A stretch of DNA of 64,000 bases from Dehalococcoidia bacterium. Lineage in GTDB: Bacteria > Chloroflexota > Dehalococcoidia > DSTF01 > JACRBR01. The number at the start of each line of letters is the position of its first letter. The stretch's first letter is position 1. The stretch lies in assembly GCA_040902505.1 (NCBI GenBank), contig JBBDXE010000025.1, forward strand, positions 16,221 to 80,220. Direction: 5' to 3'. The notes under the pieces were generated by a model. It was not told the origin of the DNA, did no database searches, and saw only the letters and a list, made by a program, of their open reading frames with translations. Shown here piece by piece: positions 1-7,469 of this stretch. The position numbers and the translations under genes were made by a program.

Positions 1-98
1 GCCGCGGCCTCCTCCACCCCCTCGCCAACCTCAACGGCGGCCTCGACGCCTGGCGCTCCGCCTCCCTCCCCGTGACCCTCCCGGGCGAGGATCGCTGA
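1..98 (+). CDS. rhodanese-domain protein, 3' end (partial; gene starts upstream of window)
   Basis: The frame beginning at position 3 reads ...HPLANLNGGLDAWRSASLPVTLPGEDR then TGA at 96-98. NLxGG(L/I)xAW is the typical rhodanese-domain C-terminus. Confidence 0.5.
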   Translation, partial: RGLLHPLANLNGGLDAWRSASLPVTLPGEDR

Positions 99-269
99 CC
101 GCCGCCCCCCTTTCTGGCGGCATGCTCCGCGACCCGCCCGTCGCGAGGCAGCGCCGCGGGATCGCCGGACGGCGCAACAACGTCGAAACACCTTGCCCCT
201 CGCCTCGAGCCTTCTGTCGATCTACAATCGCCTGCCCGATAGGACGCGACTACCGCGAAGGAGACGCAC

Positions 270-1328
270 ATGACCACGCAGCAGATCGACGAAGCCAAAC
301 TGATGGAGTTCGTGGGGCAGGCCGTGAGCGACATGGGCGCGGTGCTGCTCGGAAACCTCGTGGCCATCGGCGACAAGCTGGGGCTGTACCGCGGCCTCGC
401 CGGGGCCGCGCCGATGACCCCCGGCGAGCTGGCGCAGAAGACCGGCACCGCCGAGCGCTACATCCGCGAGTGGCTCAACGCGCAGTCGGCCGGCGGGTAC
501 GTCACCTACACCGGCGACGGACGCTACACCCTCTCGCCCGAGCAGACCGAGGCCCTCACGAACGAAGAGAGCCCCGCCTTCGTGCTGGGCGGCTTCCAGG
601 GCATGACCGCCGCGACGATGGCCCGCCCCCGCCTCATCGAGGCGTTCAAGAGCGGCAAGGGCGTGGGATGGGACGAGCACGACCCGGACCTGTTCCAGGG
701 CACCGAGCGCTTCTTCCGCCCCGGCTACGCCGCCAACCTCGTCGCCGCGTGGCTCCCCGCGCTCGACGGCGTCGTGCCGAAGCTCGAGGCCGGTGCGTCC
801 GTCGCCGACGTCGGCTGCGGCCACGGCGCCTCGACGATCATCATGGCCCGCGCCTACCCGAAGTCGAAGTTCACCGGCTTCGACTACCACGCTCCGTCGA
901 TCGAGGCGGCGCGCAAGGCGGCGAAGGACGCCGGGGTGACGAACTGCGACTTCCAGGTCGCCTCCGCGAAGGACTACCCCGGCTCGTACGACCTCGTCTG
1001 CCACTTCGACTGCCTGCACGACATGGGCGATCCCGCCGGCGCCGCCGCCTACACGCTGAAGTCGCTCAAGCCCGGTGGCACCTGGATGCTCGTCGAGCCC
1101 TTCGCGAACGACGATGTCGCGGACAACCTGAACCTCGTCGGGAAGGTCTTCTACTCCGCGTCGACGTTCATCTGCACGCCGGCGTCGCTGGCGCAGGAAG
1201 TGGGGACGGCGCTGGGCGCGCAGGCGGGCGAGAAGCGCCTCGGCGAAGTCGCGCGGCAGGCCGGCTTCACCCGCTTCCGCCGCGCCGCCGAGACCCCCTT
1301 CAACCTCATCCTCGAAGCCCGCGCCTGA
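270..1328 (+). CDS. class I SAM-dependent methyltransferase
   Basis: 352-aa ORF with the Gly-rich SAM motif I VADVGCGHGAS, an acidic loop FDYHAPSIEAARKAA, the post-II motif LKPGGTWML and a DCLHDMGDP motif. Clean ATG start. High-GC codon usage with third-position G/C. Confidence 0.8.
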   Translation: MTTQQIDEAKLMEFVGQAVSDMGAVLLGNLVAIGDKLGLYRGLAGAAPMTPGELAQKTGTAERYIREWLNAQSAGGYVTYTGDGRYTLSPEQTEALTNEESPAFVLGGFQGMTAATMARPRLIEAFKSGKGVGWDEHDPDLFQGTERFFRPGYAANLVAAWLPALDGVVPKLEAGASVADVGCGHGASTIIMARAYPKSKFTGFDYHAPSIEAARKAAKDAGVTNCDFQVASAKDYPGSYDLVCHFDCLHDMGDPAGAAAYTLKSLKPGGTWMLVEPFANDDVADNLNLVGKVFYSASTFICTPASLAQEVGTALGAQAGEKRLGEVARQAGFTRFRRAAETPFNLILEARA

Positions 1329-1381
1329 GGGCGAAGACGCCGCTCACTCCCCCCCGCCGCCCGCGCGGGGGAGGCACTGCG

Positions 1382-1515
1382 ACGATCGTTCACTGCGGCC
1401 ACGGCGAGTGGGCAGCCACAGCCGTCTCGCTGCTGAAGCGCCACGGCCTGCACCCCCTCACCAACCTCAAGGGCCCCGACGCCAGGCGCTCCGGCCGCCC
1501 GCCCCCTCGCCCTCT
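1382..1515 (+). pseudogene. rhodanese-domain 3' fragment (duplicated remnant)
   Basis: Reads TIVHCGHGEWAATAVSLLKRHGLHPLTNLKGPDARRS with no start codon. At nucleotide level it is about 85% similar to the rhodanese 3' end at 15-60. Confidence 0.45.
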
Positions 1516-1590
1516 TTACCCCCAGCAACAGCCGCCGTGGCCGGACGAGGTAGCCAGCCCACGATGCCCATAGTCGAGCCGAGGTTGAAC

Positions 1591-2499
1591 CTACGTGCCC
1601 AGTGGCAAAACCCGAACCCGGCCTGCATCCAAGTCAAGCTCGACGCGGCCACCGCCCTGAGCGTTGATGTCGTTCCAAGCCCTGAAGCCCTGCATTATCG
1701 CGTCTTCCCACTCGCCGGCTGTTCGGCGACTCACTTCTAGGTGATCCGTCATCGTCTTGACCGTACGCAATAGCTCGTAGTCAAGCCGAATCAAGCCGCG
1801 AAGGAAGTCTCGCCGCTCCGCATAGCTGAACACCAAGGCAGTGATGCCTTCCTCGATGACGATTGCACGACCACCATCTTCCACCTCGTCAACTGTTGGG
1901 TCGCTTCTGCGCTTCCGGTCAAGAAACTTTCGTGTTAGCGGCGACCAGCCCAACACAGCGGCGTATGCCAGGTGCAGAACATCGTGGAATCGATACCCGT
2001 CTTCCACGTGACGATTGTCCGTGAGCGGATCTCCAAAGGGGGCACCATCGACGGTTGTCCTCGTGCGTGCCTCGCCACTTTCCGCGGCAAAGAACTCAGC
2101 GACCATTCGCCTAGAAAGCCGCTCGGTTGAGGGGAAACCCTCATCCAGCGATTGACGCGGGATCGGCAACTTCATCTGGTCGTGGCCTACTTGTTCCCAG
2201 CGCGCGCGACACTTCTGCAGATTGCCCTCTGCGACATCGGATAGGCGGAGCCCGAGTTTGGATGTCGAGCACGCGAGATACCAGAGGAGGTCGCCGAGTT
2301 CCTCGCGTGCCCTATCACGGAAGAGGAGGTACGCCTCACCGTCCCTCACATATTTCTTGTACTCGCTCAGGATCTCGCCCACCTCTCCAGCGAGCCCTAA
2401 GAGTGGAATCACGACGGCTGCAGCTGACTTCTCATCGCCTAGCGTCTTAGACACTTGATCCGTGTCAAGAGCCCTTGCCTGATACTCGTCTATGTCCAT
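1591..2499 (-). CDS. MazG-like all-alpha NTP pyrophosphohydrolase domain protein with uncharacterised C-terminal domain
   Basis: N-terminal region contains LGLAGEVGEILSEYKK...EELGDLLWYLA...NLQKCRARW, i.e. the EExxE/ELGDLL metal-binding helices of MazG/HisE-type pyrophosphatases. C-terminal ~170 aa unrecognised. Lies in the AT-richer island. Confidence 0.7.
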   Translation of the reverse strand: MDIDEYQARALDTDQVSKTLGDEKSAAAVVIPLLGLAGEVGEILSEYKKYVRDGEAYLLFRDRAREELGDLLWYLACSTSKLGLRLSDVAEGNLQKCRARWEQVGHDQMKLPIPRQSLDEGFPSTERLSRRMVAEFFAAESGEARTRTTVDGAPFGDPLTDNRHVEDGYRFHDVLHLAYAAVLGWSPLTRKFLDRKRRSDPTVDEVEDGGRAIVIEEGITALVFSYAERRDFLRGLIRLDYELLRTVKTMTDHLEVSRRTAGEWEDAIMQGFRAWNDINAQGGGRVELDLDAGRVRVLPLGT

Positions 2500-2603
2500 G
2501 GCCTACCTCCAGGTGGGACCGCGCATCCCCCTAGCTGCTACTGGAACTGCCGTGCATGTAGGCGCCAGCTTGCCAACGCCCGATCAAGGCGTAAACTGGC
2601 CAC

Positions 2604-3275
2604 GTGCAGTTCGAGCGCCGCGTGCTCTCGTTTGTCAGCTCCCTTACGGAAGCCGACTTGCCATCGCACTTCACGAATCCCTACAAGACCGGCCACACTG
2701 CTCGGAACCTCCTGCTCTTTCTCACACGGCGGGATCGTCTTGCTTGGACGCTCTTGGCGATCGGCGAGGCCCCTGGCTACCGCGGCGCAGTGATGTCAGG
2801 CGTCCCTCTCAGTTCTCTCGCAACGCTTGCGGATCCATGGGGCGATCCTTGGGAGTCGTTCGGTCCGTCCAAAGGGTATAGCTTCCCGCCGAACCCGTTG
2901 TACTGGCGAGAAGCAACGGCCACGATCATATGGGAATCCTTCGCGATGCACCTTGCCGACTCACCCCTTCCACTCACATGGAACGCCGTGCCATTTCATC
3001 CGCAGAAAAACGGCCGCGCTTCGAACGCGTCGCTGCGCGCAAATCAATTGCACATTGGCCAACCGTGGATCGAGCGGCTTCTCGAGCTCTTCCCAAACGT
3101 CTTCCCTGTTGCAGTTGGCCGGCGTGCCTGCGAAACGCTATGCCAGCTGAAGGTCGACCATGAGGCAATTCGCCATCCGTCACGAGGCGGGAAGCAAGAG
3201 TTCAGCATGGGACTCGCTCGTGTTCGCTCTCTGATGTCACCTCCTCCTGCAACGAGCTCGCTAACGGTCGCATGA
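2604..3275 (+). CDS. uracil-DNA glycosylase superfamily protein (family 4/5-like)
   Basis: Motif A AIGEAPGYRG (GE[AG]PG) about 55 aa from the N-terminus and motif B EAIRHPSRGG (HPS) near the C-terminus, with spacing as in the UDG fold. Confidence 0.65.
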   Translation: MQFERRVLSFVSSLTEADLPSHFTNPYKTGHTARNLLLFLTRRDRLAWTLLAIGEAPGYRGAVMSGVPLSSLATLADPWGDPWESFGPSKGYSFPPNPLYWREATATIIWESFAMHLADSPLPLTWNAVPFHPQKNGRASNASLRANQLHIGQPWIERLLELFPNVFPVAVGRRACETLCQLKVDHEAIRHPSRGGKQEFSMGLARVRSLMSPPPATSSLTVA

Positions 3276-3972
3276 CGCCGATCCTCCCGAGGCGCGCATC
3301 CGTGCTCACGACAACCAGCCCGCCGCAAGTGAGCCTGGACTCCGCCGCCACAAGTTGCTGCAATCGTGCTAAGCCAACGAAGTTACCATACGCTTTTTCA
3401 TGATAGTAATGGGAACGGTAGACAGCGGTCACAACCAGCTCGTCGGCATCGCGATGAAACTGAACTTCTGAGAGGCATGGGAACCCAACTCGTGCGATGG
3501 CCGTCCGTCCGGGGCGTTCAAGCACGATGGGCCCTGGATCTGCCCATTTGCCACCGTCTGGTGTTCGATGGTTGAGCGCATCGATCACATCCCTAATCTG
3601 ATTGACGTTGGTGCCGTCCCCTTCATAGTCCACCATGCGCCGAAAATACGAGTTGGTTGGCAACTTGGGTAAGAGACGGAAGCCGACTCGCTCCCAATCG
3701 ACTGCTCGTGCCACAGTTAGTGGCAAGATCGTGCGGGCGACGACCCTAACGCGATCTGTGGCAGCCGCGCCCAATGCAGCATCCAGACGGCGAGCAAACG
3801 CGGAGCAGTCAGCCTGCGGCTCGGCGATCGACACAACCAAATTACGGATCCGGTGACCCGGTTGTCTCAACAGCGCGAGCACCGCTGCTCTCCACGCATC
3901 CTCCAACGTGCGGGCATCGACCAGAACCGCACCCCTCACGGCACGGCTCCCGCGTCGGGAAGTACGCGACAA
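3202..3972 (-). CDS. divergent thymidylate synthase / dCMP hydroxymethylase-fold protein
   Basis: By-eye alignment to ThyA: VGFRLLPKLPT matches DGFPLVTTKR, TNVNQI matches TNIAYL, GFPCLSEVQF matches LPPCHALFQF (catalytic Cys), VYRSH matches LYQRSC, AYGNFVGLARL matches GLPFNIASYALL, CGGLVVVSTDARL matches VGDFVWTGGDTHL. An alternative GTG start at 3939 overlaps the upstream stop by 4 nt (GTGA). Confidence 0.65.
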   Translation of the reverse strand: MSRTSRRGSRAVRGAVLVDARTLEDAWRAAVLALLRQPGHRIRNLVVSIAEPQADCSAFARRLDAALGAAATDRVRVVARTILPLTVARAVDWERVGFRLLPKLPTNSYFRRMVDYEGDGTNVNQIRDVIDALNHRTPDGGKWADPGPIVLERPGRTAIARVGFPCLSEVQFHRDADELVVTAVYRSHYYHEKAYGNFVGLARLQQLVAAESRLTCGGLVVVSTDARLGRIGVMRPLASSLQEEVTSESEHERVPC

Positions 3973-4976
3973 TCACTCATTAGCTGCGGGGCCTTGGCCG
4001 CGAGCCGACGCGCCACGCTCTCGGTCACCGCTCTGAACACAGGCGCTCCCGCCGCCATGTTGTCGTCCCTCTTGGGCGGCCCAATTCTGCGCAGCACTCT
4101 GGCCTCTGCAGCTCCCAGCAACCTCAATGCCCGCAGCCGGCTGATCGTGGCGGCGTGACTGACCCCGAACCTAGATCCAAGCTCGTGAATCCGGTCCAGA
4201 TTCAGAGCCCGGTGGCCGAGGCACTCGCGCACTGCCCTCTGCGGTAGCAGGAACGCCGCCGCGAACACGTCCGCGCGCAACTCGATCCTCTGGCGGGGTC
4301 CCGGCCTTGGCAATTCGGCGGCAGCGCACGCGTATCCGCCGCCCTCGCGATCCAACAAGAAATGCGCTAATTCGTGGGCTAGTGTGAACCGCTGTCTTAC
4401 CGGTGGGTGGTTACTGTTGACAAGCACCGCACTCGATGCGCTGTCTGTAACCACTATGCACCCGGAAATCGACGAACTGACCGGAAGTCGGGCAAGCACC
4501 ACTCCCACGCCTGCCTCCTGAACGAATCCTGACAGTGGAATCACCGGATCCTCTGCTGACAACCCCGTTGCACCACGGAACCAACGTGCGGCCAGTTCGC
4601 CGGCTTGTACTGGAGGAAGCCGGGACACCCGTGGGGGAATAGATAGAGGCATCCAATGCGGATCTGATCCTAGCGCGGACTGAACGGCCGAGAACCAAGC
4701 AAGTTGCGGTTCGTCGTCCGCATGTATGGTTACGCCTCTTAGCCTCATTTTAGGTAGAACTGGACGGCCTCCCTCCCGCGGCGTCAGAAGCAGGTCTGGG
4801 GTTACAGCCAGCAGCGCCGCTAGCCTCACCAACTCCGCAGCCGTGACTGGTCTCGTACCCCGCTCCATACGGCTAACGACCGTCCGGTCGAGGCCTAAGG
4901 CTCTCGCTAGGTCAGACTGGTTCCAACCCCGGCGATAGCGCGCCTGCTGGATATTCCATCCAATTTGTGTGTCCAC
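3936..4976 (-). CDS. fused HTH-XRE DNA-binding / ImmA-IrrE (DUF955) metallopeptidase-domain regulator
   Basis: N-terminal QQARYRRGWNQSDLARALGLDRTVVSRMERGTRPVTAAELVRLAALL is a Cro/C1-type HTH. C-terminal AHELAHFLLD (HExxH) plus RADVFAAAFLLP is typical of ImmA/IrrE. A Pro/Arg-rich linker lies between the two domains. Confidence 0.75.
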   Translation of the reverse strand: MDTQIGWNIQQARYRRGWNQSDLARALGLDRTVVSRMERGTRPVTAAELVRLAALLAVTPDLLLTPREGGRPVLPKMRLRGVTIHADDEPQLAWFSAVQSALGSDPHWMPLSIPPRVSRLPPVQAGELAARWFRGATGLSAEDPVIPLSGFVQEAGVGVVLARLPVSSSISGCIVVTDSASSAVLVNSNHPPVRQRFTLAHELAHFLLDREGGGYACAAAELPRPGPRQRIELRADVFAAAFLLPQRAVRECLGHRALNLDRIHELGSRFGVSHAATISRLRALRLLGAAEARVLRRIGPPKRDDNMAAGAPVFRAVTESVARRLAAKAPQLMSDCRVLPDAGAVP

Positions 4977-5245
4977 GGACGCAGACTAGACGACGGCGCA
5001 CGAGTCATGCAATAGATCTCTCGATAGTGTGCTAGATCAGCACATCACGCGGGACGCGATTCTCTTGAAACTGCCATCCGCCCATCCTTGACCCCTTACA
5101 CCCCCCGCCGCTACCCTTCCCCCACGATGAACCTCCACCGCATGGCGATGCCTCTGCCCCGGGAGAGCCGGGGCGCCCGTCTGGGATAGCGCCAGCATCC
5201 CCCGGCCACCCCCTGCGGCGGCCGGAGCCACGGAGGTCACACGCC

Positions 5246-6493
5246 ATGCCGTTCGCCCAGTCCCTGCGTTGCCGCGAGTGCAACCGTGAGTATCCCCTCG
5301 AGCCCCTGCACGTCTGCGAGTTCTGCTTCGGCCCCCTCGAAGTCGCCTACGACTACACCGCGATGCACCGCACCGTCACCCGCGAGTCCATCGAGCGCGG
5401 GCCCAACTCCGTCTGGCGCTACGCAGACCTCCTCCCCGCCGACCCCGCTCAGGCCGTCGACATCAACGCCGGCTTCACCCCCCTCGTCCGCGCCCGCAAC
5501 CTGGGCGAGCACCTGGGCCTGCGCAACCTCTGGCTCAAGAACGACTGCGCCAACCCCACCTGGTCCTTCAAGGACCGCGTCGTCACCGTCGCCGCGACGA
5601 AGGCCCGCGAGTTCGGCTTCGACACCCTCGCCTGCGCCTCCACCGGCAACCTCGCGAACAGCGTCTCCGCCCACGCCGCCGCCGCCGGCCTGAAATCGAT
5701 CGTCTTCATCCCCCACGACCTCGAGCGCGGCAAGATCCTCGGCTCCAGCGTCTACGGCGCCACCCTCGTCGCCGTCGACGGCAACTACGACGACGTCAAC
5801 CGCCTCTGCTCCGAGCTGGCCGACAGCTACCCGTGGGCGTTCGTCAACATCAACATGCGGCCGTACTACGCCGAGGGCAGCAAGACCCTCGGCTACGAGG
5901 TCGCCGAACAGCTCGGCTGGCGCGCCCCGGAGCACGTCGTCGTGCCGATGGCGTCGGGCTCGCTGTACGTGAAGATCTGGAAGGGGCTGCAGGAGCTGGC
6001 CCGCCTCTGGCTCATCGACAGCGTGCAGACGAAGATGTCCGGCGCCCAGGCCCGCGGCTGCTCCCCCATCGTCACCGCCTACGAGGCCGGCACCACCAAC
6101 GTCCGCCCCGTCCGGCCCGACACCATCGCCAAGTCGCTGGCCATCGGCAACCCCGCCGACGGCTACTACGCCCTCAAGGTCATGCAGGAGTCCGGCGGCT
6201 ACGGCGTCGCCGCCTCCGACGACGAGATCATCGACGGGATCAAGCTCCTCGCCGAGTCCGAGGGCATCTTCGCCGAGACCGCCGGCGGCGTCGTCACCGC
6301 CTGCCTGAAGAAGCTCGCCCAGGCCGGACGCATCGCCCCCGACGAGGTCACCGTCGCCTACATCACCGGCTCCGGCCTGAAGACGCAGGAGGCCGTCGAG
6401 GACCACGTCGCCCAGCCCGTCCACATCGCCCCCACCATCGCGTCGTTCGAGGAGCTGGTGCGCCCCCGCGAGCGCGAGCTGGCGGCATCATGA
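5246..6493 (+). CDS. threonine synthase family PLP enzyme (ThrC/MetM-like) with N-terminal Cys4 zinc ribbon
   Basis: CRECNREYPLEPLHVCEFC zinc ribbon. PLP lysine region NPTWSFKDR, Gly-rich loop ASTGNLANS and an ITGSGLK C-terminal motif are typical of ThrC-family fold-type II enzymes. Confidence 0.85.
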   Translation: MPFAQSLRCRECNREYPLEPLHVCEFCFGPLEVAYDYTAMHRTVTRESIERGPNSVWRYADLLPADPAQAVDINAGFTPLVRARNLGEHLGLRNLWLKNDCANPTWSFKDRVVTVAATKAREFGFDTLACASTGNLANSVSAHAAAAGLKSIVFIPHDLERGKILGSSVYGATLVAVDGNYDDVNRLCSELADSYPWAFVNINMRPYYAEGSKTLGYEVAEQLGWRAPEHVVVPMASGSLYVKIWKGLQELARLWLIDSVQTKMSGAQARGCSPIVTAYEAGTTNVRPVRPDTIAKSLAIGNPADGYYALKVMQESGGYGVAASDDEIIDGIKLLAESEGIFAETAGGVVTACLKKLAQAGRIAPDEVTVAYITGSGLKTQEAVEDHVAQPVHIAPTIASFEELVRPRERELAAS

Positions 6494-6691
6494 AGCCGCA
6501 CCCCACCATCGCTCACCCCTCCCACCACCCCTTCCCTTCAGGGAAGGGGCTGGGGTTAGGTCCGGGGCGGAGCGGGGCCGTAGCAATCCCTGACGTCGGC
6601 GGCGTCTGTGGTTCCCCAACTCCCACGGCCCCCGTACACTGCGACCTGCACGCCCGCGCGCCCCGCGCGCACACCCACGAGCGAGGCCCAC

Positions 6692-6934
6692 ATGGCACGC
6701 CAGCGCGTTAAGTTCACCTTCCCGCAAGAACTCATCACCCTGCCCCTCATCTACGAGCTGGGCAAGAACTTCACCCTCGTCACCAACATCCGCCGCGCCG
6801 ACGTCACCGAGGACCGCGGCTGGATCGTCCTCGAGGTCGAGGGCGACCTGACGGAGATCGAGCGGGCGCTGGACTGGGTCTCGGCGAAGGGCGTCCGCGT
6901 CGACCCCGTCCCCGGCGACATCGTCGAAGGCTAA
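6692..6934 (+). CDS. NIL-domain small protein
   Basis: 81 aa: MARQRVKFTFPQELITLPLIYELGKNFTLVTNIRRADVTEDRGWIVLEVEGDLTEIERALDWVSAKGVRVDPV. Ferredoxin-like NIL domain pattern, as at the MetN C-terminus. Confidence 0.6.
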   Translation: MARQRVKFTFPQELITLPLIYELGKNFTLVTNIRRADVTEDRGWIVLEVEGDLTEIERALDWVSAKGVRVDPVPGDIVEG

Positions 6935-7030
6935 CGAGCGGTCAGCCATCAGCCAGTCAGCAGTCAGCAGCGACCGATGAGCAGCCACCACGGACCAGCA
7001 ACCGGCGACCAGTAACCAGGACACCAGACC

Positions 7031-7312
7031 ATGGCCCAGATCCGCATCCCGGCACCGCTCCGCAAGCTCACGAACGACATCGAGATCGTGCAGGCGGAGG
7101 CCGCCACCCTCGCCGAGGCCATCGACCGCCTCGAGGGCGACTTCCCCGGCATGAAGGAGCGCCTCTGCGACGAGACCGGCCAGCTCCGCCGCTTCGTCAA
7201 CGTGTACGTCAACGGCGAAGACGTCCGCTTCCTCGACAACCTCGGCACGCCGCTGAAGCCCGGCGACGAGGTGAGCATCGTCCCCGCCGTCGCGGGCGGG
7301 TCCGGGGCGTAG
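7031..7312 (+). CDS. MoaD/ThiS/CysO-family sulfur-carrier protein (GG followed by SGA extension)
   Basis: 93-aa beta-grasp pattern FVNVYVNGEDV...LKPGDEVSIVPAVAGGSGA. The Gly-Gly is followed by three extra residues. Confidence 0.7.
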   Translation: MAQIRIPAPLRKLTNDIEIVQAEAATLAEAIDRLEGDFPGMKERLCDETGQLRRFVNVYVNGEDVRFLDNLGTPLKPGDEVSIVPAVAGGSGA

Positions 7313-7469
7313 CGCCGGCCCGGTCAGCGCGCCAGCCGTCGTCAGGCGGTCAGCCCCCGCGTCCCCCGTGGCGAGGGGGCTCTTGATTGGCCAATTGCAT
7401 TCGGCGAAAATCCGGGCCTTTCGGGGGTCTGCGGATTCGGGGCGGGGGGCGTTTGGCTTGATTGGGTTA

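Noticed and set aside
5237-6424. 395-aa minus-strand ORF opposite the ThrC-like gene, and the 135-aa/292-aa plus-strand alternate frames
   Set aside because: The ThrC-family frame carries PLP-enzyme motifs. The others are low-complexity (G/D/A/V or P/S/T/A runs).
6937-7030. CAGTCAGCAG-type short repeats between the NIL and MoaD-like genes as a separate repeat element
   Set aside because: Only loosely repetitive (cagccag/cagtcag/cagcag). Probably a low-complexity spacer related to the GGTCAGTC motif family. Too degenerate to call on its own.
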